Notes: generated from the sequence alone by a model not told the origin. A DNA stretch of 64,000 nt from Methanomicrobiales archaeon (GCA_015660865.1 JACTUA010000005.1:104790-168789); one strand, 5' to 3'. Positions 42,219-52,429 are shown, counted from the first letter of the stretch. Numbers and translations are program-made.

Positions 42219-44252
42219 ATGCTTCTAAAATCAATCAGTATCGAAAACATTCGAATTTTCAAAGGGTCCCATACCCTTGACCTTGCACCCTTACATCAAG
42301 CTAACACCCATAAACCGATCATTTTGATCGGTGGAATGAACGGGGCTGGAAAGACCACGCTTTTTGAATCTATCTTTCTCTGTCTCTATGGGCAATATTC
42401 TCCTGGTACAAGGATAACCAAAACAAAATATGAGCATTATGTCGAACAGATGGTTGCTTGGAATAAATATTCAGAAATTCCATTAAATCCTGCAATCGAG
42501 GTGATATTCGAGTTTTCGCATGCTGGTAATACTCATACCTATACAGTCAAAAGAGAGTGGACAGTAAAACCCAGATTTATCGAAAAACTTACCGTGAGAA
42601 GAGACGGTCAGATTCTTTCAGATCTAGAAAGTGATCAATGGCAAGATCTATTAAATGAATTGATACCACCAAGATTTGCCCGGCTCTTTTTATTTGATGG
42701 GGAAAAAATTCAGAATCTCGTTGAAGATAATGCCGATAATTACTTCCTTCAAGATTCGTTTAAATCTATGCTCGGCCTCGACTTAGTTGAGAGGTTGAAA
42801 GCAGATCTAGGGATATATCTTAGCCGTTACATTAAAAGTAAAGAACTCAATCATTTTACCGAGAAATTAGAGAGTATTGATACACGGATTAGAGAAATTG
42901 AGGGGAAAAAAGATCTATGCCAGCAAGAAAAGGCACATATCCAGAGCCGGTATGATCAGATTCAAGGTGAGATCGAACGTCAAGAACAGATCCTTGCAAG
43001 TGAAGGGGGTAGTTTTGCTCGAAAGCGTGAAGAATTTAAGACCCAAAAAAACCAATTAGATCAAGAGATAACCTGGACTGAGAACGAGATCCGCAATATC
43101 TGTACTGGTTTATTCCCCTTTTCCATTACTCCAAAATATTGTACACTTCTGAAAAAGCACCTTATCGACGAAGATCAAGTTCAAACTCGCCAAAGATCTC
43201 AAGAGGCTATCCAGTTATACCTGGATGAGTTAAGAAAATCGATAGAGACATTGGCATTTTGGTCGGATCTCAAAATCTCCTCAGCACAACAAGCGAAAAT
43301 TAGGGAAAAATTCTCAGCCCTTATCAGTCAACATTTGGCCGTCAATGACCATCCCGAAAATATTCCATTAATCCATCATCTTTCCCAATACGAATATCAT
43401 AATTTATTGGAGTGGATCAGAGAAGCGACAACAAATGTCCCCAAACAAATGCATGATCTCTCCCTGCAACTTGAAAATCTCACTTTAAAACGCACGAAAT
43501 TGACAGAGAGGATTAATAAAGCTCCATCTGATGATATTATCGGTCCTTTTATCCAAAAATTGAATGAATTGCATAAGGATTTGGGACAACTCACCGAAAT
43601 GCTGAGGAAAACCGAAGAGACGATTAAAGAATTCGATCTCCAATTAATAGAACTTGAGAGACTGAAGGAAAAGCAGAATGAAGAAATTGAGGATATTAAA
43701 AGTAGCTCGGTTAAAATGAGCCTTGCCCAGCAAGTGACCCTTATCCTAAACGACTATGTAAAAGAGCTTCAACGACAGAAAATTTCACAATTAAGTGATA
43801 ATATTCTGGCATGTTTCACACGGCTGATCAGAAAAGACGATTATATAAAAGATATTGTGATCGATGAAAATTATAGCATTACCCTCTATGAACCGGATGG
43901 ACATGCGATCCCCAAAGAGCTGCTATCCGCTGGCGAGAAAGAGATATTCGCAGTCTCATTGCTCTGGGGTTTGACACTTACATCGGGGCGACAGTTGCCT
44001 TTTATTATCGACACACCTTTAGGGAGACTTGATAGTGAGCATCGGGGCAACCTTGTTATGGATTTCTTCCAGCACGCAGGAGACCAAATGATCATCTTCT
44101 CCACAGACACTGAAGTAGATAAAGAATATTTCCGAGTACTTCAACCATTTATTACTCGGGCCTACCATTTGGATTATTCGAAAAAGGAACGTCAAACAAA
44201 AATTTCTCCCGGATATTTCTGGGAGAGTGAACCTTTGGAGATCCCAACATGA
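42219..44252 (+). CDS. dndD: DNA sulfur modification ATPase DndD (SMC-like)
   Basis: GMNGAGKTT, FLFDGEKI, LSAGE, IIDTPLGRLDSEHR, STDTEV, GYFW. Confidence 0.92.
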   Translation: MLLKSISIENIRIFKGSHTLDLAPLHQANTHKPIILIGGMNGAGKTTLFESIFLCLYGQYSPGTRITKTKYEHYVEQMVAWNKYSEIPLNPAIEVIFEFSHAGNTHTYTVKREWTVKPRFIEKLTVRRDGQILSDLESDQWQDLLNELIPPRFARLFLFDGEKIQNLVEDNADNYFLQDSFKSMLGLDLVERLKADLGIYLSRYIKSKELNHFTEKLESIDTRIREIEGKKDLCQQEKAHIQSRYDQIQGEIERQEQILASEGGSFARKREEFKTQKNQLDQEITWTENEIRNICTGLFPFSITPKYCTLLKKHLIDEDQVQTRQRSQEAIQLYLDELRKSIETLAFWSDLKISSAQQAKIREKFSALISQHLAVNDHPENIPLIHHLSQYEYHNLLEWIREATTNVPKQMHDLSLQLENLTLKRTKLTERINKAPSDDIIGPFIQKLNELHKDLGQLTEMLRKTEETIKEFDLQLIELERLKEKQNEEIEDIKSSSVKMSLAQQVTLILNDYVKELQRQKISQLSDNILACFTRLIRKDDYIKDIVIDENYSITLYEPDGHAIPKELLSAGEKEIFAVSLLWGLTLTSGRQLPFIIDTPLGRLDSEHRGNLVMDFFQHAGDQMIIFSTDTEVDKEYFRVLQPFITRAYHLDYSKKERQTKISPGYFWESEPLEIPT

Positions 44253-44635
44253 ACTTTAACAGGGTTCGCATCAGTACGAGTGCAACAATCCGTTTGAAGC
44301 AATTACAAATTCGGACTGGGCTAACGCCTAACATTCTCTCCAGAATTGCAATCTGTTATTCGCTTAACGATCCTGCAATCCCCAATCCCAACGACTACGA
44401 TGAAAGGGGGATGGAGATGAACCGATTTACCCTCACAGGAGATTGGGATTCCTTTTTCATAGCTTTAGTCATGGAACGTTGCATTCAAGATGGACTAGAT
44501 CCCGAAAAAGATCTCGCTGATCAGTTACGTGCACATCTCAATAGAGGCGTATACGGAATATTCTCACGAATCAAAGGATTAGGGGATTTCCAATCATTAC
44601 TCACCCAGGAGGCCCCGGGAATCAAAACAAGTTAA
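44249..44635 (+). CDS. dndE: DNA sulfur modification protein DndE
   Basis: LKQLQIRTGLTPNILSRIAICYSL..AHLNRGV. Confidence 0.9.
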   Translation: MNFNRVRISTSATIRLKQLQIRTGLTPNILSRIAICYSLNDPAIPNPNDYDERGMEMNRFTLTGDWDSFFIALVMERCIQDGLDPEKDLADQLRAHLNRGVYGIFSRIKGLGDFQSLLTQEAPGIKTS

Positions 44636-44652
44636 TGTGTGAGATGTGATCT

Positions 44653-45816
44653 ATGGAAATTAAACGCCCGATATACATGGATTATCATGCGACGACTCCC
44701 GTTGACCCTCGAGTTCTCGAAACGATGCTCCCTTATTTTTCCGACTTATTTGGGAATGCGGGAAGTATTGACCATCTATTTGGGGCGACTGCAGCCGATG
44801 CAGTGAAAAAAGCCCGTGATCAGTCCGCTCACATTCTCAATGCTCATTCTGATGAGATAATCTTCACAAGTGGCGCAACGGAATCAAATAACATTGCAAT
44901 CCTAGGCGTTGCGAAACAATACGCTGAAAAGGGGGATCATATCATAACCTGTGCGACAGAGCATAAGGCAGTTCTCGACACCTGTAAATATCTCCAGAAA
45001 ATCGGAAAAACCGTCACATTTCTTCCCGTTGATCAGTATGGATTGATTGATGTTGCCCAGCTCGAATCTGCCATTACCGACAGGACTATTCTTATAACAA
45101 TCATGTCAGCGAACAATGAGATCGGGACTATCGCTCCAATAAAAGAGATCGGAAAGATTGCTCATGATAATAGAGTTATTTTCCACACAGATGCAGCCCA
45201 GGCTGTTGGTCACTTCATGATTGATATTGAAGCAATGAATATCGATCTCCTCTCTTTTTCAGGTCACAAAATTTACGGACCGAAAGGGATTGGTGGGTTA
45301 TACATCAGACGGAGAAATCCGAAAGTAAAACTCACTCCCATTATCTTTGGGGGCGGGCAAGAGAAGGGCCTTCGATCCGGAACATTGAATGTACCCGGGA
45401 TCGTGGGGTTTGGGAAGGCACTCGCAATTGCAGAGAAAGAAATGAAAGACGAGGATGAGCGATTCCGGAAATGGACGCTGGAAATGTTTGATGCATTCAA
45501 AGAATTATTTCCTTCTCTGCTTTTAAATGGGCATCCGACCAAACGGCTTGCTCACAATTTGAATGTTTGTTTCCCTGGCATTGAAAGCAAAGCATTGATC
45601 CATCTATTGAAAGACGATCTTGCAATTTCTTCTGGTTCCGCATGTACGACCACGAGCGTCGAACCATCGCATGTGCTAAGAGCAATAGGCGTTCCCGAAG
45701 ATTTAATCCATTCCGCAATCCGATTTGGAATTGGTAGATTTAATACTAAGGAAGAAATTAAGTTTGTTGTCGAAAGGGTTACATCAAGTATAAATAAATT
45801 GATAAATATTAGGTAA
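44653..45816 (+). CDS. dndA: Cysteine desulfurase DndA/IscS
   Basis: YMDYHATTP, HTDAAQA, SGHKIYGPKG, SSGSACT; in the dnd operon. Confidence 0.88.
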   Translation: MEIKRPIYMDYHATTPVDPRVLETMLPYFSDLFGNAGSIDHLFGATAADAVKKARDQSAHILNAHSDEIIFTSGATESNNIAILGVAKQYAEKGDHIITCATEHKAVLDTCKYLQKIGKTVTFLPVDQYGLIDVAQLESAITDRTILITIMSANNEIGTIAPIKEIGKIAHDNRVIFHTDAAQAVGHFMIDIEAMNIDLLSFSGHKIYGPKGIGGLYIRRRNPKVKLTPIIFGGGQEKGLRSGTLNVPGIVGFGKALAIAEKEMKDEDERFRKWTLEMFDAFKELFPSLLLNGHPTKRLAHNLNVCFPGIESKALIHLLKDDLAISSGSACTTTSVEPSHVLRAIGVPEDLIHSAIRFGIGRFNTKEEIKFVVERVTSSINKLINIR

Positions 45817-45923
45817 TTTTTCTTATGCATTTTTATAATTAAATGATAATGATAATCTTTTTATAAAAACAAAGAAAATAAGATTTAATAATTACATGAT
45901 AATTAGAGAGTGATAGCGATAAG

Positions 45924-48059
45924 ATGTCATTGGACTCTTTGGATCTAAAATATTCTTATGATTCTGATGAAGACGATATTCTGAATGATTTTTATATTCC
46001 CGCCTTGTCTAATGCTATATCTTATAAAAGAATTTCTGGTTTTTTTTCATCTAATGCTCTGGCTATCGCAGCTAGGGGGATAGCATATTTTATTAAAAAT
46101 GATGGCGATTTTCGCCTAATCACTAGTGTACAATTATCGGAAGAAGATTTTACGAAGATAAAAGAAACTACACAGAATCAGATGTTGTTTTATCTGGAAG
46201 AGAAATTTTTAGAAGAGGTTGATGCATTAGAAAATGAGTTGATGAGAGATCATGTAAAAATGATGGGTTGGATGCTGAAAACGGGGCATTTGGAAATGAA
46301 AATTGCATTAACTGCAGGAGGGATACAACATCAAAAGATTGGTATTTTTGAGGGCAATGAAGGTCACACTGTATCATTTAGTGGTTCGGATAATGAAACA
46401 AAGAAAGGATGGATTGATAATATTGAGGAATTCCATGTTTTTTGTTCTTGGCGTCAGAATGAAATGGAACATATTAATGACATAACCAGAAGATTTGATA
46501 AATATTGGCATGATAAAGCACAGAGGGCCCGAGTATTTCCGATTAGTGAGGCAATAAAAGATAAATTGATTAAAATTGCTCCAAAAGATGATGATGAATT
46601 TGAGACGTTATCCCTTGATACTACAAGGAATCTCCTTGCGAAGCATAAGGATAGTATAACGAAGAGAAAGAAGCAGGCGGGACCTATTTCAAATAATAAA
46701 AATAAGTATTTGAGTTTAAGAAACTATCAAAAAGATGCCGTCGATGCTTGGTTTGAAAATAAGAGAAAAGGAATTTTCGAGATGGCTACCGGAACAGGGA
46801 AAACAGAAGCTGCAATTGGTGTAATTGACCGTTTGATAAATTCCAAAGAGAAAATTATAATTATTATCACTGTTTGGGGGCAGTCTCTTTTAGAGCAATG
46901 GATAAATAAATTAAAATTTTATGGTTATGGTGTTAAAGGTGCTTCTTCGGATCAAAGATATTCAAATTGGCAAGAAGAATTAGGGAGAGATATCTTAAAC
47001 GTTTCTTGCGGTTATCGAAATCATTCAATCGTTGTTACAACGTATCAAACATTCTCTTCCAAGAAATTTACTGATTTGATACAAAAAATGCAAGGAAATG
47101 TTCTCCTTATCTGTGATGAAGTTCACCACGTTGGAGCTCCGGAACTTCAAAAAGGCCTTGTTGAAAACTATAATTTCCGTCTAGGTTTAAGTGCAACGCC
47201 CGATCGTTGGTTCGACGAAATTGGAACAGCACTAATCAGATCATATTTCGATAAAACAGTCTATGAATTTTCGATGAAAAAGGCCATGGATGAAATTAAT
47301 CCAGATACTGGAAAACCATATTTATGTTCTTATAAATATTATCCAATTCTTGTTGAACTGAGCGCCGAAGAAAATGAAGAATATATTAAATTAACTAAGG
47401 AGATTGGAAGAAGATATCATACTACTAAACTGCGGAAAATTGATGATGAAAAATTAACAGGATTACTTATCAAGAGATCAAACATTAAGAATAATGCTCA
47501 TGCAAAATATGACGAATTAAAAATAATTGTTCCGAGATTTATAAATCAAATGAATTATTGTCTTATCTATTGTTCAGGAAAACAAATGGATTACATAAAA
47601 TTACTATTGAACCAATATAAAATCATTTATCACGAATTCACTCAATATACAACCCCTAAAATTCGTCAAGATATATTGTTAAAATTTGAAGAGGGGAGAA
47701 AATCTGGAGGATATGATGTTCTATTGGCAATAGATTGCCTAAATGAAGGAATAGATATCCCCTCTGCCCGCATGGGAATATTTTTAGAGAATAGTCAAAA
47801 TCCAATAGAGTTTATACAAAGAAGAGGGAGATTATTACGACCCCATGCAGACAAAAAAGAAGCAATATTATTCGATTTTATCGTTATCCCCAATTTTTAC
47901 GGATTAGAGGAAAACTATAAAGAACTTGAAAAACGAGAACTCCAAAAGGAGTATAATCGATTGGTTGAATTCGCAAAATTAGCAAAAAACACTCAGGAAG
48001 CTCTTAAAGTCATGGAAAAAATTGCCGATGAATATAACCTCGTTGTGATGAATGGGTGA
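45924..48059 (+). CDS. pbeA: PLD-like nuclease + SF2 DEAD/H helicase (PbeA-like)
   Basis: HQKIGIFE..SGSDNET PLD-like motif; MATGTGKT, DEVHH, LGLSATP, QRRGRLLR; position after dndA. Confidence 0.75.
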   Translation: MSLDSLDLKYSYDSDEDDILNDFYIPALSNAISYKRISGFFSSNALAIAARGIAYFIKNDGDFRLITSVQLSEEDFTKIKETTQNQMLFYLEEKFLEEVDALENELMRDHVKMMGWMLKTGHLEMKIALTAGGIQHQKIGIFEGNEGHTVSFSGSDNETKKGWIDNIEEFHVFCSWRQNEMEHINDITRRFDKYWHDKAQRARVFPISEAIKDKLIKIAPKDDDEFETLSLDTTRNLLAKHKDSITKRKKQAGPISNNKNKYLSLRNYQKDAVDAWFENKRKGIFEMATGTGKTEAAIGVIDRLINSKEKIIIIITVWGQSLLEQWINKLKFYGYGVKGASSDQRYSNWQEELGRDILNVSCGYRNHSIVVTTYQTFSSKKFTDLIQKMQGNVLLICDEVHHVGAPELQKGLVENYNFRLGLSATPDRWFDEIGTALIRSYFDKTVYEFSMKKAMDEINPDTGKPYLCSYKYYPILVELSAEENEEYIKLTKEIGRRYHTTKLRKIDDEKLTGLLIKRSNIKNNAHAKYDELKIIVPRFINQMNYCLIYCSGKQMDYIKLLLNQYKIIYHEFTQYTTPKIRQDILLKFEEGRKSGGYDVLLAIDCLNEGIDIPSARMGIFLENSQNPIEFIQRRGRLLRPHADKKEAILFDFIVIPNFYGLEENYKELEKRELQKEYNRLVEFAKLAKNTQEALKVMEKIADEYNLVVMNG

Positions 48060-48244
48060 TGTTCATGAAAAAGAAAATGAATACAAGGATCCTCAAAAAA
48101 ATTGAAGATTCAGATCTAGATACTCCAATCAAGGAATTGCTCGTTGATATTATGGAATTTGAATCTCAATGGGTTAAGGGGAGTAGTTATTCTGAGTACT
48201 ATCGAAAAAAAATTGAAAAGGCAATTGCTATAAGGAGAACTTAA
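48056..48244 (+). CDS. pbeB: Small protein (PbeB-like)
   Basis: 62-aa ORF coupled between helicase and ATPase genes (IKELLVDIMEFE..YSEYY..I); assignment by position. Confidence 0.55.
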   Translation: MMFMKKKMNTRILKKIEDSDLDTPIKELLVDIMEFESQWVKGSSYSEYYRKKIEKAIAIRRT

Positions 48245-48245
48245 T

Positions 48246-50222
48246 ATGACAAAAATAATGAATATTACTATTGAGAATTTTCGCCCGTTTTTTGGGATAA
48301 ATAATTTAGAATTCTCATCCGACAGTAATAAGAATTTTAATGTGGTTTTTGCCGGAACTGGGAGTGGAAAAACCTCTGTATTGGACGCCATTTCGTGGTG
48401 TTTATTTGGAAAAGAGTATCACAAACAGCTACCCAAAGATACCTTACTAAATGATAAAAAACGGGATGAATTAAAGAAAGAAAAAATTGCTGATGTTCGT
48501 GTAGAAATAATAATGGGGGAAAAGCAAAATAACATTGAATTCATTTTCAATAGAAAAATATCATTTATAAAAAAATCGGATAAAAGCGTGACAATTTTAC
48601 CTTCTTCAGAAAAATTTCATGCAAAACTTAAGGATGCACGTAATAATTTAATCGATGCTGCAGATCCGAGCGTTGTTGTAAATTGGGTATTTCCTGAGAG
48701 AATTCATCATCTCTTTATGTTTGATGGCGAAAAGCTACAGGATTTTTTTGAAACCGATAATATCAAAAATACAGAACATGCGATCAAAGACATTACACAA
48801 ATGGATCAACTCGACAACGCCGTAGCACATTTAATTCATAGTTCAAAGGAATTTTTAACGAAAGAAGAGATGACCGATCCCCAAATACAACAACTAGAGG
48901 ATTTCATTGACAGTGTTCGAAAACGAGTTCAAGATAATCGTCTTGAGGAAGAATCAAGAAAAATTTCTTTAGAAGAAGCTAAAAAGGCGTTCGAAGCGGC
49001 AGATGAACAATTGAAAAGAATTGATTTTGATGATAAAGGACTTTTAGAAGAAGAGAGATCGATTCAGGGAAGAATAAGCAATTCGGAATTAAAAATAAAA
49101 GAAATTGAAATTAACCGATTTCATCACTTATTACAAGGAATCCCTACGATATTCTGCAAGAAAGAATTAGAGAGAGCAGTTCAAAAAATCGACAAGAAGT
49201 ATGAATCAGGTGAATTGCCTTCTGATGTCAAAGTTGAATTTATTAATAAATTACTGGAAAAACAAAGATGTATTTGTAAAACGCCACTCATAAAAGGGTC
49301 AGAGGCACGAAAATTTGTTGAAGCTTATAAAAATGCTGCCCCACTCTCAAACTATGAGGACGAAATCAGACACGGACAAGCTGAAATCAAATCAATGCTA
49401 AAAGAAATAAACCAATTTTTTGAGAAACGTGTAGATTATTATAAACAACTAGAAGAGACGAAACAATCATTGGATGATGATAAACAGAGATTTGAAAGTA
49501 TTAAAAAGAAAACTGAAAGTATAAATAATCCTGAAATTCAAAGATTACGATCTCTAAAAAGTTTTCATTTGGGTGAAATGCAAAGATATAATAAAGAAAT
49601 AGGGGGCATCCAAAATAAAATTTCGGAAGATGAAGACGCAATACTCAAATTGGGAAAACAAAAAATGAAGTTGGAGAAAGAATCGATTAAAAACAAAGCA
49701 ATGCGGGAAAAATACGAAATTTGTGAAAAAGCATTATCGTTTTTGGAAAACACTCAAAAAAATCTCCTGGTTGAACTTAAAAAAGATATCGAACAAAGAA
49801 CCAATTCTATTTTTAAAGAGAGCGTTATTGAGCCGAGAGTTAAGGAAGTAATCATTTCTGATTTTTATGAATGCCAAGTTCTCGATACTAGCGGATTGAA
49901 TATATACCCTACTCTTTCCAGTGGTCAAAAGCAAGGTTTGGCTACGGCCTTTATGATCGCACTACGTAGAGACTCTGGCTTCGACTCCCCGATTTTGATT
50001 GATTATCCTTTTGGTAGAATTGATCCTCGCTCCACAGCAGAATTTATTGATGTGTTGAAAAAAATATTAGCTGACGTTCAGGTGATTTTCTTTTTAATTG
50101 AAGGGAAAGAATATAGTGACTCTGTGAAAGCTCAAATGCAAGATCGTTTAGGATCACTATATGAAATTTGTAAATTAAAAGATGAGAAAATGAGTGAGGT
50201 GATTAAGCATGCCCGAAACTGA
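48246..50222 (+). CDS. pbeC: SMC/Rad50-like ABC ATPase (PbeC-like)
   Basis: ENFRPF, GTGSGKTS, FMFDGEKL, CICK hook-like motif, LSSGQ, ILIDYPFGRID. Confidence 0.75.
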   Translation: MTKIMNITIENFRPFFGINNLEFSSDSNKNFNVVFAGTGSGKTSVLDAISWCLFGKEYHKQLPKDTLLNDKKRDELKKEKIADVRVEIIMGEKQNNIEFIFNRKISFIKKSDKSVTILPSSEKFHAKLKDARNNLIDAADPSVVVNWVFPERIHHLFMFDGEKLQDFFETDNIKNTEHAIKDITQMDQLDNAVAHLIHSSKEFLTKEEMTDPQIQQLEDFIDSVRKRVQDNRLEEESRKISLEEAKKAFEAADEQLKRIDFDDKGLLEEERSIQGRISNSELKIKEIEINRFHHLLQGIPTIFCKKELERAVQKIDKKYESGELPSDVKVEFINKLLEKQRCICKTPLIKGSEARKFVEAYKNAAPLSNYEDEIRHGQAEIKSMLKEINQFFEKRVDYYKQLEETKQSLDDDKQRFESIKKKTESINNPEIQRLRSLKSFHLGEMQRYNKEIGGIQNKISEDEDAILKLGKQKMKLEKESIKNKAMREKYEICEKALSFLENTQKNLLVELKKDIEQRTNSIFKESVIEPRVKEVIISDFYECQVLDTSGLNIYPTLSSGQKQGLATAFMIALRRDSGFDSPILIDYPFGRIDPRSTAEFIDVLKKILADVQVIFFLIEGKEYSDSVKAQMQDRLGSLYEICKLKDEKMSEVIKHARN

Positions 50223-51084
50223 GGCACCTCGCGATTTAGCAATTGATAGTTCAAAACATGGATTTTATGAGCGAATTAAAAAAGGGGAATATATACCCGA
50301 ATTAAAAGGCTACGAAATGGCATATTTATTTGCCATTGCAATGGCCTATGGTGTACATTATAAAAAACGCAAACCACTACGTCCTGGCCATATTAAACGA
50401 TCAATCAGCAGGAATATGATCGATAAAGAATTTTCTTGGCTAATAAGGGCTATTGCTATAAGTGCGTTGGATGAAGGCGTGGACATCATTCCCGATCGCA
50501 CTCAAATCTATAAAATTGCTGAAGAATACGCAAATGGCGGTATTGAAATTATTGAAGAGGAAATAACAAATATCAAACAATTTGAGTTGGATATGGAGTT
50601 AGAATTAAATAAAATAATGGGTGAAATTGCCTCAAAAACCGAAAAAACGGATAAAATACAAACGATTCCTATTCAACCAAAACATGAATTAGAATCCATG
50701 CTCGATGCTTTCGAGGTTAGAATTCGAAAATTCATTGATAGCAAACTGACAGAGAATAAAGCCGATTATTGGTCTGATATTAATTTGGATTTCAAAAAAG
50801 ATATTGATCAGAGAATTCGGGATTATCTTGTAAAGAATCCATCATTAAATTCAGAGGATATTAAGCCCCTTGAATTTTTTACGATGGGAGAATATTATAA
50901 AATTATGAAATTTTATTGGATGGTGTTTGAATCTATTTTTAGATCTAAGACCGAGCTGGAGAAACATTTTCGAAATATCAATGAATTACGAAATTGCTTT
51001 AAACATGTTCGTGAACCAACTATTACAGAAAAGAAATTAGGGGAAGCTTCATTAATTTGGTTCGAAACAATACTAAATAAATAA
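50209..51084 (+). CDS. pbeD: PbeD-like N-terminal domain fused to a Swt1-like HEPN domain
   Basis: N-half LFAIAMAYG..IAEEYANGGIEII; C-half FEVRIRKFI..LEFFTMGEY..LRNCFKH (RxxxxH). Confidence 0.6.
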   Translation: MPETEAPRDLAIDSSKHGFYERIKKGEYIPELKGYEMAYLFAIAMAYGVHYKKRKPLRPGHIKRSISRNMIDKEFSWLIRAIAISALDEGVDIIPDRTQIYKIAEEYANGGIEIIEEEITNIKQFELDMELELNKIMGEIASKTEKTDKIQTIPIQPKHELESMLDAFEVRIRKFIDSKLTENKADYWSDINLDFKKDIDQRIRDYLVKNPSLNSEDIKPLEFFTMGEYYKIMKFYWMVFESIFRSKTELEKHFRNINELRNCFKHVREPTITEKKLGEASLIWFETILNK

Positions 51085-51267
51085 AAACCAAAATTTATTA
51101 GAATTGTGGTATTATTCGAGCCACCAATCCCCATAATTTATGAATTCTGACTCTATTGAGCTCGATAATCTGTTCGATCAGTCTTCTCCCGCCCGAATAA
51201 ATAATCTGGATGGACAGACATTAATATATACAAATACCTCATCGCTCTCGAAAAAACGGATACCGCC

Positions 51268-51918
51268 ATGCGCTCCCTCCTCATCCTCAGCGGCGGGGTG
51301 GACAGCACCACCCTGCTGTACGATCTGCTCCACCAGGGGTACGAAGTAGAGGCCGTCACCTTCGACTACGGCCAGAAACACAAGAAAGAGATCGAGTTCG
51401 CGAGGAAGACCTGCAAGAAACTGAACGTCCCCAATTCCGTCCTGGATCTCAAAATCCTAAACGAGGTCGCCCCGTCCAGCCTGACAAGGGACTCCTGGGA
51501 GGTCCCCGAAGGGCACTACACCGAGGATTCGATGAAGCAGACCGTGGTCCCGAACAGGAACATGATCTTCCTCTCCGTTGCAGCGGCCCGGGCCATCGCG
51601 GGCGGCATCCCGCACCTCTTCTACGCGGCCCACTCGGGGGACCATGCCATCTACCCGGACTGCAGGCCGGCCTTTGTGAGCGCCATGGAGACGGCCCTGC
51701 ACCTCTGCGACTGGACCGATATCACCCTCCATGCCCCGTACCTGAACCTCACCAAGGCCGATATCGTGAAGCTGGGCACCGGGCTCGGGGTCGATTACTC
51801 CCTCACCTGGACCTGCTACCGGGGAGAGAGACTCGCCTGCGGGTTGTGCGGCTCCTGCACGGAGCGGCTGGAGGCGTTCAGGATAGCGGGAGTGGAGGAC
51901 CCGTTAACCTATGGTTAA
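51268..51918 (+). CDS. queC: 7-cyano-7-deazaguanine synthase
   Basis: LSGGVDSTT, FDYGQKH, VPNRN, YPDCR, TWTCY..CGLCGSC. Confidence 0.93.
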   Translation: MRSLLILSGGVDSTTLLYDLLHQGYEVEAVTFDYGQKHKKEIEFARKTCKKLNVPNSVLDLKILNEVAPSSLTRDSWEVPEGHYTEDSMKQTVVPNRNMIFLSVAAARAIAGGIPHLFYAAHSGDHAIYPDCRPAFVSAMETALHLCDWTDITLHAPYLNLTKADIVKLGTGLGVDYSLTWTCYRGERLACGLCGSCTERLEAFRIAGVEDPLTYG

Positions 51919-51942
51919 ACTCAGGTGTTGGCCTGTTTATCG

Positions 51943-52016
51943 ACTACTAAAGAATACTAAAATATACTAAATTAGTAGTTCATCCGGCGTTGAATAATGT
52001 TGACTTCTTATTCAGC
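51943..52016. promoter_or_regulatory. Phased TACTAA repeats and inverted repeats upstream of the MNT-HEPN pair
   Basis: TACTAA at 51945, 51955 and 51965; ACTACTAA/TTAGTAGT inverted repeat; GTTGAATAA/TTATTCAGC inverted repeat. Confidence 0.45.
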
Positions 52017-52108
52017 ATCCAATCGGAAGGTGAGTAGCTTGCGAATTCTTCTTCCGGTAATCTCAACCCTCATATAGGGCATCGCCCCAATCCTGATCTT
52101 GACCATTG

Positions 52109-52429
52109 ATGAGGAAAAATCAGATCTTCTCGGGGAAACCATCCCTTGAGGAAATCCAGGCAATACTCCGCAAGCACCTGCCGGAGCTGAGGCGGGAGTA
52201 TGGGGTCAGGTCTCTGGGCATCTTCGGTTCCTATACCCGCGGGGATGCAAAGAAGGGGAGTGACCTGGATATCCTCGTCGAATTCGAGAGGATCGGGACG
52301 CTCCTCGAATATATCCGGCTGGAGGATACCCTCACCGATCTACTGGGTGTGAAAGTCGATCTGGTGGACCGATCCACGCTGAAACCCGGCATCAAATCCC
52401 GGATCCTGCGTGAGACCATCCCTCTATGA
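52109..52429 (+). CDS. MNT nucleotidyltransferase antitoxin (MntA)
   Basis: [23 protein letters not shown]. Confidence 0.88.
   Translation: MRKNQIFSGKPSLEEIQAILRKHLPELRREYGVRSLGIFGSYTRGDAKKGSDLDILVEFERIGTLLEYIRLEDTLTDLLGVKVDLVDRSTLKPGIKSRILRETIPL

Larger units (their letters stand above)
39531..51260. mobile_element. AT-rich defence island carrying dnd-pbe
   Basis: Abrupt drop in GC right after the HAD' stop and return to host composition at queC; no integrase seen. Confidence 0.7.

Noticed and set aside
51268-51918. queC as part of a Dpd, QatABCD or type IV CBASS system
   Set aside because: None of the partner genes is present, and the protein is a canonical ~216-aa QueC.
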